NCBI RefSeq assembly: GCF_018977255.1
Contig: NW_024704744.1
Span: 97,340,001 to 97,404,000 of the forward strand
DNA: 64,000 bases
Origin: Callorhinchus milii
Taxonomy: Eukaryota
Direction: 5' to 3'
Shown one piece after another: positions 28,806-41,679 of the stretch (position 1 is its first letter; each line of letters opens with the position of its first letter). A model generated the notes under the pieces. It saw nothing but the letters and a program-made list of their open reading frames with translations. It had not been told where the DNA came from and ran no database searches. A program made the translations under genes and the position numbers.

Positions 28806-29199
28806 AGGAGTCTGTCTAAGAATTCGCCTAAGACGCTGATGTGGATTCGTGGGCGCGTTCTGACAATGTTTTTTTTGCAGCAACTGCATGATGCGCCCAC
28901 ATCTGGACATAGATCCAGCCCAGGTAGCCGGGTGGTCACATCGTGCAGAGGATATGGACCATCGTTGTGGAAAATAGTCTAATCAGGGCACAAATTAACC
29001 CTGACTTCAATTTAAACAAGAAAGGCATTGTTGAAACAACTGAAGAGTCAGCACAGAGGCCGCCAAGATCGCTTCCGACGTGAAAAGACATAAGTGCAGA
29101 GGTTGCAACGCCATTGAACAGGATTTAACCGTTGCTGGTTAAAAACGGTCACGGAGAAAAACAAGTATTCAAATAATTACTGAACGGATTGATTTCACG

Positions 29200-29565
29200 G
29201 TCCTCTCACTCGCTTTCAAATCCCTTCATGCCCTCGCACCTCCCTATCTCTCCGATCTGCTTACCACCCTCACTCCCCACCCATCCCCACCCCACTCCAC
29301 CACCCGCTGCCTCCGCTCAGCTTGCTCCGGCTTCCTGTTTCCAAACTCTGGAACTCTCTCCCTCAATCCCTCCGCCTCGCTCCCCCTCCCTCCCCACTTT
29401 CAAGTCTCACCTAAAGACCTTCCTTTTTTGATCGTGCGTATGGTCACCCTCCACCCACATCTCCCCCTCCCCGGCTCAGTGTCAGACTCCGCCACTGTCA
29501 AAACCTCCGGGACACTACCCCGTCTGAAGGGGGCTATATAAATGCAAATTGTTGTTGTCGTTGTG
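29200..29565 (+). mobile_element. L2 LINE 3' end
   Basis: SLPTFKSHLKTFLF terminus, then ggctatataaatgcaaattgttgttg tail. Confidence 0.8.
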
Positions 29566-30944
29566 TAACAGACCCCTCCCCCCCCCTCCCCCCGATGCTT
29601 GGCATTGAGTCGCCGAAATTTTAAATGCACTTACGCTATAGCAGCCAATTGGGTTACAATGAAATCCTTTATTCCGAAAATACTATAGCTTCATCATAAT
29701 GATTACACTCGTGAAAGCTGTAAACAAACAGCTTTTTTTTAAAAAGGCGTATAACATCAAAGGGATAGAAGCAAAAAGCAGGTCAGCAGCAAACCCCAGG
29801 AGCATACTCAGTGTTGGAGTAGTGTGCAGATTATGATCATTATACGCTCCGTCTGCAAATAGGAATGGAAGCTACAATTAGGTTGCTAATTATACCTGTT
29901 GTGTGCGCATCAATAGAAAGCTGCGAAATTAAGCATTCCCGGCTCGGGTGCAAACCGGACTCTTCGGTACCCTTGGGACATCCCCTACGACATGAAAGGT
30001 GCTGGAATAAATGTAAATTTGTATTGCGAAAAGGTCAGGGATGTAACGTCATGAGCAACGCGATTGGCGCGTGATTTGCGCACGCCGGCATGATCACTAA
30101 CAGAGCTATCAGGACCCAATGTTTGTCCTCGCAGACTCAGCGGGGCAGCAAAGACAGCAGTTCTGTCTCTCAAAATGAGTGGCAGAGACAGGACGGACTG
30201 ACTGATGGTTCCGGGCAGAAAGAAAATCACGTCGCTACAAAAAGCTGAGCCGACACAGTAGTTACCTCAGCTGCCCTGGCGTGCTTTGTTGCTGGATCCC
30301 GAGGATTCGCTCGCACTAAGTTCTGCCCAGGAACCCTCCATTTCAGTCGCTGAGAAGCGATTGATGGGACTGGTTTCAAAAAGCGTAAAACTTGCATGTT
30401 TTTTCAAGCAGTCGGGGACTTTGAGCTGAAATGTTAAGCAGCGTAATCTGCTGTGCCGCAGCGAAAATGTTTGAATATCAAGTTGCCATCACATTTTTAT
30501 CGCACATCAATAGCACATGAGCTTTACAACTGCGACTGAGTGCCACGTTGGGGGAAATGTGGACTGTGGCTGAGCTGTTGCTGGACGCTGCTTTTCCAAT
30601 CATTCTGCATTTCTCAGCACTACATGTAGGTTTCTAGGTATCATTGTGTAATACCTAAACCACCTGCAAAGTGCAAAACCTCCCCCACTCCCCCTATACT
30701 AAAGGGGGAAGAGTAGTAGGAAAGATCTTCGCTGATGCCTTTGACTCATGCTATATCTGGATGTCCTTGATGCTAACGCCTCACATTGAGTCCACTGCCA
30801 TTTTTATGTTTTGACAGGCATTAAAAATTCATGAACAAACATAAATTTAAATTGGATTATCTCCGGGGGAAACATTCGCAAGGGCATGTGACCACAGCAC
30901 CGGTAGTATCCTTCCACTCTGCCAGCTTTCTCGAAGAAAACAAG

Positions 30945-31225
30945 TGTAATAATCATCCCGGCATTTTGATGTTGCACCTGGCACACCAGGAGGACATTTC
31001 AAAACACTTCACAGAATTTATGGTGACGTGCGGTGACTGTGTATTTCGTGGCTGAAAGCTGCAGCCAATTTGCACACAGTAATCAGTTGAATGATCATTT
31101 TTTTTTAATCTGGGGGATTTTCTTCACCGTTAATGGCCACCTGAAACAGCAGACCCAGGTCCCCAGTTTAATGTCTCATCCGAAGGATGGCAGTTCCAAC
31201 AATGTAGAACTCCCCGAGAGCTGTA
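30945..31225 (-). mobile_element. Deu-domain SINE
   Basis: gtttaatgtctcatccgaaggatggca, the reversed Deu motif, plus tail. Confidence 0.7.
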
Positions 31226-31543
31226 GTGGAGTCCTGTAGCTCAGTGGTTAGAGCACTCGCCTCATAAGCGAGAGACCTGGGTTCAATTCCGTGCAGGGAG
31301 AAACCTTGGGCAAGTTTCCTTACTCCGCTCGCCTAATAACAATCCCTCCAAAAAACAAAAGAATAATAAATTGGTCATTTTCAATCCGCGACTGTTTGTG
31401 GGGGACGCTGCTGCGCGCAATTGGCTGCCGCGTTTCGCCCACAGATATACGGTCAATTCACTTTACAGTCTATTCTGTGAAGCGCTTTGAGACGTCGAGA
31501 AGACGTGAAAAGCGCTATATCAAATGCAAGGATTATTATTATT
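31226..31543 (+). mobile_element. CORE SINE, internally deleted variant
   Basis: Head, shortened core and (ATT)n tail. Confidence 0.87.
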
Positions 31544-31564
31544 TTTTCCTCGCTAGCGAAAATA

Positions 31565-32020
31565 AATAGTTGAGATGACACCGGACACGATAGAAGTGTT
31601 TGAGATTCTGAAAAGGATACAACAAAATGGATGTCGATTGGGCCGTTTCCACTCGTCGGTGAGTGCGAAACCAGAGGGCGTAGATATTTTTGGGGAAAAG
31701 GCAAAATACTGCCGGTGCTGGAAATCTGAAATAAAAACAGAAGTCGCTGGGAACACGCAGCAGGTCAGGTGGCACGTCTGGAGAGAGGAAAGTGAGTGAA
31801 CGTTTCAGGTCGATGACCTTTCCATATGAGCTAGCCAGCAGTAGATCTAATAGGGACTTTAGGAGGAACTTCTTCACGCAAATAGCGTTGACGCATGCGA
31901 GAGAAAAATCGATGCACACGCGAGGGAGACGGGAAGGGTGGAGACTCGTGTGGAGTAGAAACACTGGCACGGACGAGATAGGTCTAATGGCCTGCTCCGA
32001 GCCGTATCACGAGGTCCTTG
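31565..32020 (+). mobile_element. CR1 LINE 3' remnant interrupted by a Penelope-like fragment
   Basis: DTIEVFEILKRI and RDFRRNFFTQ motifs, plus the CR1 terminal motif. Confidence 0.7.
31695..31823 (-). mobile_element. Penelope-like element terminal fragment
   Basis: Minus strand aaggtcatcgacctgaaacgtt...cctgacctgctg...tttatttcagatttccagc resembles chondrichthyan Penelope-type ends (recognised from memory). A related piece lies near 45738. Confidence 0.55.
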
Positions 32021-33224
32021 TAAGATCGGGCAGGGCAGAATGTCATGGAGCCAACTTCAATGGATGTTAATTCCATTCCACTTTTATAAACACGGCAACA
32101 AATGACCTGCTAATCCACGTAATCCTTTCTATAAAATCCACTTGCGAGCAAAGCAAAGGCAACGGGCACGAACAAACAATTGCTGGCTGACGCTGATTTG
32201 TATTCAGGTCCTGTAATTGATACCGATCAAAACGTCTTCTCCCATTTATCGTTTTGCCTTCCACGCAGGCAGCCGAGGCGTGAAAACGCCCGTGTGCTGG
32301 GGCACCGCAGCACCTCAGCGAGGTGAGATGTCGCATTGACCGTCCGCCGGCTTGGAATGATTCGTGAATAATCGCAGGTGTCAGTGACTCTTCAAAACAT
32401 TCCTGTCTGCCTGGTGCTGGAAGTCACATCAGGAAAGTCGCCGTTTCTTACCGCTTGATTTCGAACCGATGTCTCCACTCCTCACTTTGCGGTAAGAAGA
32501 GGCGAAAATAAATACAGCGGGGAATGCTGAATGTTTTTGTGCAGCAGAAAACGCTCCTTTACCTCTTTCCTCCTGCGCTCAGTTTTGGGAGATAGTTATC
32601 CAAGAAGGAAATAGAGGTGAGTAATGAAATGATTATTGCAACGCTTCCTTATTGAAACAAAAAACCCCCATCGAAACCATTCAGTACACGTCCAAGAATA
32701 CTTAGGCAAACATTACATTTATTATTGTGAAATGGCACTTGCCTGGGGAGATGAAGCTTTGAATGTGCAGAGCTCCACTAAGTGGCGCAAAACGCTGGTT
32801 ACATTTTCCACGTTATTAAAAGTTAATCGCATCGCAGAGCTTCGGGGGAGTTTGATGGACCTCGTCATAACTTCGAAACTTAATTCAGTTAAGTTTCAAA
32901 GTTCTTCTGAAATCGGCTACAGCACAGACCTGATTTATACCACAACAAAAAATCCACTGATTCCATCGCTGCAACTGCAGTACCTCCTGTGGTGCTTTAT
33001 AGGAACAGAACAAAACCCATCAAAGCCCGGGAAACTTATTTTATGCTGCACTTTTAGCTTCACGTCAACACTACTCCGCACAGTGTTGTATAACGTTAGA
33101 CTTTCGGGAAGGTTTCAAAACAAGGAAGACCTCCAATTAAACAGTCTCGGGTAGAAAAAGGACTGGATACGAAACTAGCTGAAAATGGGGAGCAATGTAA
33201 TAGTAATCACAATAAAATAGTAAT

Positions 33225-33620
33225 AACAATCCTTCCATTTGGTATAGCGCCTTTCACATCAGGAGGATATACCGAAGCACTTCACAAGATGTACTGTAAA
33301 GTGTAGCAACTCCGTGTATATTCAGGGCAAACACCAGTGTTCTACAAACAGCCATTAAGTGAGCGACCAATTTTCCATCTGGGGGACTGTTGGCCAAGTC
33401 ACCGGGAAGAAACTCTCTTCTCTTTACAAATAGTGCCGCGGGATCCGAATAGGCAGACGGGGCAATCAGTTTAAAGTTTCCCCTGAGGGACGGCACCTCC
33501 GACAATGCAGGACTTCCTTGTCAGTGTAGACTTTTGTGACTTTCGAGTCCCAACATGGGGCCAGAACTCACAACCTTCTGACCAAGAGATGAGGGTCCTA
33601 TCAAATAGCTTAAATGACAC
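33225..33620 (-). mobile_element. Deu-domain SINE, near full length
   Basis: Reversed tail, Deu motif and head. Confidence 0.75.
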
Positions 33621-35399
33621 ACAATTAATTTTGTTGCTGTTGCTGTTGTTGAACGAAAATGGGAGAGCCGTAGAGATAGAGGGTGTAGCGGAAGATTCAC
33701 AAAAAGATTTATATCTGTTATGCAAAGAGCAGACGTATAACATTTAACCAGAAGAATAAATAAAATAATTGTCTATGGAGTGTGTATTACGTGCTGAGTA
33801 CAATACAAGTAAATACGGTCAGACCATATTTTGAATTACTACTGTGCTCGGTTTTGGCAACTGTATAACGCAAAATAAAGCATCGTTGGAAAAGAAGATG
33901 GAAAACAAAAAGAAGACTGATCCTTTCTGTACAGGGTTGAAAGAAACGTAGTGAATAATATTATTTTCTTAAACCAAAGTGCAAGTTGACTCCTTTTACA
34001 GCGAACCAGGAGGCCATAAGTTGAGACCATTATATATTTCATATAAAATATATATTAAGCTTAAAAGTTGGAAAAAGAGGGAAGCCTCGGGCACAATGGC
34101 TTGAAGTGGCCACACCGGTGAGCAAAGTATGGTTGGAATTTATTTTTGCAATAATCAATTAATATTTCAGAGCCCTTTTACTGTGGTGAATGGTGGAAGT
34201 ATGACCAAGACTACGTGTCAGAATTGGTGCTATCCTGAAGGGAGAGTAAAACTTTAAAGCCAAAGGATACGAAGTGATTATTTCACATTGCTGTACCCTA
34301 TAATATATTATTCTCCTTGTGCATTGGGAAGAGATGAAGACGTTTCCCTTTGAATAAATCCTCCTCGAACGAAATTCGGTTCGAAGTTGTTCTCTGTTTA
34401 GCGTTGGGAAAGATGGTGGAAGTTTGCCTGAGTGATGAGCTCAGGATCCAGCCGAGACGCGAACCCAACCTGACGCTCAATGTCGAAGGAGATCACGATT
34501 GCAGCTCAGGTCTTCAGTTATAAATGTAATGCTGCAGTAATGCTCATCGTGTTTTTCTTCTCCGGTGTAGAATTGCAGGTCAGGGATGCATATAGTGCAA
34601 CGCAGTAATTTCCAGCAGATAAACATTAGCTGGGATTATGTCTAGTGCCTTTGGCTATTTCAGCTGCTCGTGGGATTTTCCCCCCAGTGTAATCACACAC
34701 CGAAGACGAGTCAGAACTCCAACAGGAATTTCAATCCCTAAGCAGCAGTTTTAAAACTACGTTAAGCCATCAAATATCCTCAAAAACCCGCAAATAAAAA
34801 TCCTGGGACAGCATTCTGCGATTTTATTCCTCATATGCAAATTCAGCCAGTGTGCAACTTTTTTAATGTCCCAACTGTGTGCGTGCATGCCAGCAGATTT
34901 CAGATTTATAATAAACAGGCAGCACAAAAGCACAGATGGAGTTTTAGTATTTTTAATTTATCGCGCGTACATTGACAAGGGTGTTTGGATGAGATATGTT
35001 TAATCTTCAGCTGCTGGTACTGTATTCTGTGAGGTTCGGAAAGCTGGGAAATTGCCTCTCATATTTTCTTGAGGTCTAGAATAGCTTCTATAAGTTAGGA
35101 AAAATCTATTAACTCAAGGGATCTAGTTAATGCATCATTTATTCTCTAAAAATCCAATGATGTGCTAAAGTTGTGCCCCCGAGCCTAGGATGCGAGTTCG
35201 CCTCAAATCCACCGAAAGTGGCAAGACATCAAAGGAGTGCTATATGATCCTTTTTATGATAGTCATGGACCCTTTAGAGAAAGGGGATTCAACAAAATGT
35301 GCTTTGGCGGGTAAGACAAAGAACACTGGGCCTGCAAAGAAAGAAATGCACAGCAAACTCGATGTCTCATAAATGTAAGCAGTCGTCAATAAGAATGTC

Positions 35400-36720
35400 A
35401 ATCAGGGAATGTCAACAAGACTTAATATAAGTAAATGGGTCTGTATTTGTGTAATTGGGAAAGGTTTAGTCGAGGAAGCTGATGTGGATGGGGTTGGAGA
35501 GGGGAAAAAATATATTGGAGTGTAAATGGTAAACTGATATAAAGATAGAACGTGCTGAAGTCTCGGAGGCACTAAGAGGAGATAAAAATCAATGAAGGAG
35601 CAATTGGGAGCAAAAATCATTATATTATTGATCAATTAAACTGTTCTTAATCTAATCTAAGGATTATAAATAATAAAGTGATGGAGCTGAGGTTCAGGTG
35701 TAGAATGAGAAGATGAACATAATCAGCATAATAGTAGTATCCGTGCAGGTTTAAACCAGGGGGATTAATATTACCTGAATGACCAGAAATTAAATTGAAG
35801 GGGCATTGCTGATATGGATACTGCTGCGGTCCAAATCCCTGGCTCCAGTGCCTCGGGATGTCCTCTCAATGTGAAAGGCGCGAGACAAATGTAATTTTGT
35901 ATTTTTGTACGAAGTCTTAAGGGTATCAGAAAGAATAGGTTAATTTCCTGTAAAACTTCAGACCAACACGAGTGGAGTTCCATGGCATAAAAGGGAAGGA
36001 AATTAATAACTGGGAATTGCTTTAGATCAGAGCAAAACAAGCAAATCGACAGAGAATTTTTTTTTAGAAAGTAAAAAAGTGCTCCTGGGTAAGGAAGAAT
36101 TATAATTATTGGTGGATTTTAATAACTCTGATTCCCGAAGGTGAATGAAATTCTAGATCTTTCAAAAGCAAGGAGTAATTTTCAGGGAAATAATAAACCA
36201 CTGCTTTTTGACACAACATATTAATAGGGGTCTAGGAAAGAGCCCTTATTTGAACTAGAGTATTGCGGTGAGCTGAAATAAGGACAGATTTAGAGGCAAC
36301 AAGGTATTTTGAGCAGCGCTGACTATCTGAATCAATACAGTGCCAAGAGATAATAAAATGAATGGACCTGATTTCAAGGCTGTTGCATTTCAAAAGCCAT
36401 CAGGTCCAAATTGGGTGGGAGTGGGGGAGACAGTAAATTAGAACATGATACTAGAGGGAAAATGCCAAGAAGAAGTTGAATGTTTTTTTTCAAAGGAATA
36501 TGCAATACAATTTGCATTTATATATCGCCTTTCATGTCCGGAAGACATTTCAAAGTACTTTGAGAGCAGAGAAAGCGAAATCAAATACAGAGGGTTACCA
36601 CTGAACCTGAAAATAGATTATAAATAAATTTATAGTGCTCCGAGAACCTAGCCCCCGTGTAGGCCGCTGTATAAACCGGGAAGGTGGAATAGTGAAAAAT
36701 ATATAAAAGCGGAAGTAAAA
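35400..36720 (+). mobile_element. Heavily decayed LINE (CR1-like) body
   Basis: A-rich strand with an endonuclease-like II..DFN remnant near 36100; no intact ORF. Confidence 0.3.
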
Positions 36721-37114
36721 TCTAAAAAGATCAACAGCAACAACAACAACAACTTGCATTTATAGAGTGCCTCGCTGTTTCAGTGCCTTGGAGATCAACT
36801 GAGATGACAGAGAAAAGCATTAGAAAATAAACGGGATTGTATACCAGAATAACATTTGGAATAAAAAAAAAGGTTATTTGGATTGTGGGCGAAACAGGAG
36901 AGGACGAGTCAACGCTTTCAAAAAAGGAGATTTGAGGTTGTAATAATCCTGACACGTAGTTTGGCGTTTTTCGCCTCTCGAAGTGCGTCACAGGATATAC
37001 TGTAAAGGGTAGTCGTGACGATGCCTTTTGGTAGGCAAACGAGGACGTTGGCGCGATAGGGCGCTTGATAATATTAGGAAGATTTGAAATAATTGTCGCC
37101 GTGTGTCACTTTGT

Positions 37115-37325
37115 TTCCAGGTCAGAGGTTTAGAGTTGGGCCTTCGAGTTCATAGTCTAAACCGACACTCCGAGGGAAATGGTGCATTGTCAGAGGTACT
37201 ATCCTTCGGATGAGATGTTAAGCCAAGGCGCCCTCTGCCTGGTCATTTGGATGGTAAAGAACCTGTGACCCTTTTTGAAAAAAGAAGGGAGTTTCTCCTG
37301 GCAGGAATGTCCCACAAATGGACAT
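37115..37325 (+). mobile_element. Deu-domain SINE fragment
   Basis: ccttcggatgagatgttaagccaagg Deu motif. Confidence 0.68.
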
Positions 37326-37428
37326 GAATAGAATAATAATAAATAATAATAACCCTTGTATTTGAAATAGCGCTCTTCATGTCTTCGAGACGTCTCCTCT
37401 TAGCCAATACTCCTGTTAAATTGGTCAC

Positions 37429-37755
37429 GGGAGTCTCGTCACTCAGTGGGTAGAGCGCTCACCTCGCAAGTGTGAGACCCGGGTTGGATTCCCGGCAGGT
37501 CAGGGTGAAACCTTGGGCAAGTTTCCTTACTCCGCACGCCTGGTAATAATCCCTCAACAGAAAAAAACATTAATTATTTGGTCACTTCAATCCTGTTTGT
37601 GTGGGGGACGCTGCTGTGCGCAATTGGCAGCCGCGTTTCGCCCACAAACTATACGGTCAATTCACTTTACAGTCTTTTCTGTGAAGGGCTTTGAGACGTC
37701 GAGAAGACGTGAAAAGCGCTATTTCAAATACAAGGATTATTATTATTTATTATTG
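37429..37755 (+). mobile_element. CORE SINE, internally deleted variant
   Basis: Similar to the 31226 copy. Confidence 0.85.
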
Positions 37756-38294
37756 TTCAATTCATGGCTATTTGTGGGACATTCCTGCCATGTACGGCCA
37801 CGTATTGGCTGCCATGTATGCCTACAAATACAGTCACTACATTTCACAGCAGTCGCTTTGAATCATTTTGACATGACAGGACATCATATCAGAAGCAAGG
37901 TTTATCATTACTCGAGTGAATGCCGGTTGTGCTCTCGTTCCCGCAATTGCAATTGGATGGGAGATGCATCCAATATTCTGAGGAAAACAGATTATTTGAG
38001 GGAAATGTGTGAAACGTTCACAAAACATATCAGAACCAGACAGAATGCATCCAAAAGTACTCGGCGGAATGATGTGTGTGAATAGAGGAAACAATGGAAA
38101 ATAAAAATGCCAGAGAAGGAACTTTGCATTTTTAAAGCCCATTATCAATACCAAAATGTTTCAAAGCGCCCGCCTCGACTCACTGACAAATGACTTTTCC
38201 GTAGGCACAGTCTATTAAACGACAAGGTCTCAGCTGATCGCAAAATCTAAAAAAAAACGGGAAGTCGGAAAGAGTCATAGATCTATTAAATGAA

Positions 38295-38782
38295 CGTCCC
38301 TCCGTTCCTCTGGCTCCGGTCTGCTCCACATCCCCCGCCCCAACCGCCCTACCATCGGTGGCCGGGGCTTCAGCCTCTCAGCCCCGAGGCTCTGGAACTC
38401 CATCCCCAGTGCCTTCGCCGCCTCCTCCCTTTCCTCCTTCAAGGCCGGTCTCAAGATCTTTCTCTTTGACCTTCAGCCTTCAGCTCCGCTCTCGACTCTC
38501 TACCCCCTCCTCGCTCCCTCCCTCCCCTCCCCTCACCCTGACCATTTCCCCCCTCCTCGCTCCCTCCCTTCCCTCCCCTCACCCTGACCATTTCCCCCCT
38601 CCTCGCTCCCTCCCTTGCCTCCCCTCACCCTGAACATTCCCCCCTCCTCGCTACTTCCCTCCCCTCACCCTGACCATTCCCCCCTGCTCGGGCCCTGACC
38701 CAACTGTGCAGCGCTTCGGGACGTCCTCCCGACATGAAAGGCGCTCTATAAATGGAAACTTGTTGTTGTTGTTGTTGTTGTC
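38295..38782 (+). mobile_element. L2 LINE 3' end with internal minisatellite
   Basis: TIGGRGFS..APRLWNS-like remnant; tail gggacgtcctcccgacatgaaaggcgct...(TTG)7. Confidence 0.82.
38503..38700. repeat. Minisatellite, unit about 45 bp, about 4 copies
   Basis: Repeated ccctcccctcaccctgaccatttcccccctcctcgctccctcc. Confidence 0.9.
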
Positions 38783-38904
38783 CATAGTATTAAAAAAACA
38801 AGTAAACTACTGCACTGTAATGGCAAACTGCAGTATTATTGAGTTTCCAAAAGCGAGGTCACACGTGATAACCTTTTGGAACTCTTTATGGATTTAAGAA
38901 AAAG

Positions 38905-39100
38905 CGGGTGACTGTGATGCGGTGGATATTGAACATCTTGACTTTTAGTAGACATTTGATAAGGTACCTCGCAGGAATTCGTTCCTAAAGTTAAATACCT
39001 TGGGATGAAGTATATGGCTGTGAACTGGGCCGTGAATTGGTAGATAATAGAAAGCAAAGGCAAAGATCGATGGCTGTGGTTTTAATTGGACGGAGTTGTT
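38905..39100 (+). mobile_element. CR1 reverse transcriptase fragment
   Basis: DAVDIEHLDF*.TFDKVPRR..LKL resembles the RT motif VD..YLDF.KAFDKVPH. Confidence 0.7.
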
Positions 39101-39649
39101 CGACGCACATCACTTTATGACCCGGGCCAATAGAACAGTGAAGAAATATGCGCTAAAAATTGTGGGGAAACTTGAGAGAAAGAGAGAGACTCACACAAAC
39201 ACACAGAAGAGACAGAGACACACAGACAATCTCAATCCGGGGGACTCCGGATGGAGTGAAGCCCATTTACCGATGGCACCTCACACCCACGACCAGAGCC
39301 GCACAGCACACGGGAATTTCTGTGCGCAGTTGGCGTACGTGGAACTCAGTCTGGTTTGGATCCCTCTTCAACCCAGTGATGGGTTTCCGCGTATTGTCAG
39401 ATAACTGTCAGACCAAAAAATTCTTTTTTGCCTGCTAAGCCACTTATCAGGTCATCTTACATAATAATAATAATCATAATAATAATAATAATAAATGTAT
39501 ACAATATATTATCATAAACTTCCTGGTTTTTGCAGCGCCAGCATCTCGGGCCAGGGCAGCTGATGTACGATCACCACGCTGTAAATTTAATTTAATAATA
39601 ATAATAATACCTCCCGCCGTAAAAAGGTGCGATACGAATGTAATTTTGC

Positions 39650-39970
39650 TGTTGCTGCATATAAGATTGCGCCTTATCACGACTTTGCGACGTCTCAAAG
39701 CGCTTCACAGGTTATACCGTAAAGCGAATTGACTGTATATTTTGCGGGTGAAACGCGGCAGTCAATTGCGCACAGCGGCCAAATTATTATTATTTGTTGG
39801 AGGGATAATTACCCCACGGTCAGCCATCCGCCAATTGACTAACAACCCGGCTCCTACTTACTGGTAGGCAAACAGAGGCGCGTGGGGTAAGGAAACTTGC
39901 CCCTCCCGGGAATCAAACCCGGGTCCCCTCGCTTGCGAGGCGAGTGCCGTAACCACTGAGTCTTCAGGAC
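39650..39970 (-). mobile_element. CORE SINE
   Basis: Reverse-complement match to the family. Confidence 0.8.
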
Positions 39971-41679
39971 AGCGCTTTAAATTTACTTGATGAATTTCGA
40001 GTCAATTCCCTGTGCAATCCGCTTTCCTTCAGATGATCCTCGGTCTCCCTCCCCGAGATCGATTTGAAAAGTCGGGAAAGTGTTTTCGTTTTGCAGCAGC
40101 AGGTACATAAACATTCGTCCATTACATTACATTACATTAAAATAAATGTACGGTAATATATAATACGCTAATATATAATAATATTATTGTCCTCACCCTC
40201 CTCGCAAGCCCCTCCCTCATTGCCCAGCACCTTGGGACGCTGCTTTGCGCAATATTTATAATAATAATTATTGCGCACAGCAGCGTCCCCCACACGAACA
40301 GCCGTGGATCGAGTGACCAGAAATGCTGTATAAACGCACAAGAACAAGAGCCAGACTGGGCATTAGGTTTTTTTTGCCTTCCCCGCCCCCCAAACAAAAA
40401 CAATAACAATAAATTGGGTCACTTCAATCCACGAACCGTATGTGGGTGGGGGGCGGGGACACTGCCGCGCTCAATCGTCCGCTGCCTTTCGCCCGCAAAC
40501 CGCACGATCAATTCGCTGGGCGGGGAACCCAGTGGAAGCGCTTTGAGACGTCTCGACGCGAGGATTATCATTATTATTTATTGATTTGTTTATTAATTAT
40601 TGTTGTTGTTGTTGCCGGCGGTGGCAGTGGCGGTGCTGGGATCTCTCTCGGGGTGTCACAAGAAGTGGGTGGGGGTGGGGGGGAGGGTTAGGTACAACAG
40701 GGAGTCCATATAAAAACCAGCTAAAACCACCTCCAGTAAGTAAGTCATTAAAGGAAGGCAGCCTGTGAGTTGATCTGCAATGAGTAGCGACCTACATGGG
40801 AGATTTAACGCGGGTTCCATGGTCAGCTTCAGTTCCTGATTTGAGTTAATCAGTGAGTAGCTCTCTCGGCTTGAGCGGAGCCGCAAGATGGTTGGGTGGA
40901 TGGTGTTGGGTGGGTGGATGATAACATCCTGTCCACAAAATCCTTTCTCTTTGGTGTTTGTGTTTCCAGCAGCAGCAGCAGCGGGAAGAACAGGAACAGG
41001 AGCAGCAGCAGCAAGAGGAGGAGCAGGAGCAGGAAGGAAAAAAATAGGAAGAGAAAGTGGAGGTAGGGAGACTAGTTATCATGTTCAACTGCATTTAAGA
41101 ATAAACCAATTGTGTGTGTCTGAGTTTGAAGTGAAACCGGTTGCTTGCAGCTCTCTCTGGCTTTGTTGCAGAGAGATATCTATTGGTATCTGTATATAGA
41201 ATCTACAGACACACAGCTGCTTGTTATATATATCTACAATGTGTGTGTGTGTATATATATAACAAGCAGCTGCGTGTGTGTGCGTCTGTTTGTGTTGGCA
41301 GCGAAGACACTGAACTGCTCAGAGCACAGCAACCAAGAGGCAGAGAGTCAGACAGACAAGAGAAAGAGACAAGAGTCGGCGAGACAAGGGACACAACCAA
41401 AAGAGGTCATCAGAGCCTGAGCCACAGTCAGACGACTGCTGGAGTGAATGTACTCCCATTACTTTTGTGCATTCGCGACTGATTCGCGCACGGCGACCGC
41501 CTCCCCTCCCCATATCCAGCAGCACAAGGCTCGTTTAATTTCCTGCACATGTTCTCGAGGCTGTTCTGAGGCCCACACATGGAAAGAGAGAGAGAGAGAG
41601 AAGCACTGAGCCTCACCGATCGACAGAGAGAGAGAGAGAGAAAGATCCTGGTTTGGGGTGGGGGGAGGTGTTCCGCACG

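Noticed and set aside
32636-33154. 172-aa plus-strand ORF
   Set aside because: Non-ATG start, no recognisable homology, no exon signals.
37513-38085. 190-aa ORF, and the recurring MGKFPYS.../[13 protein letters not shown] peptides
   Set aside because: Translations of SINE copies, not genes.
38503-38700. Regularly spaced repeats as a possible CRISPR array
   Set aside because: No unique spacers, eukaryotic context, no cas genes; a minisatellite.
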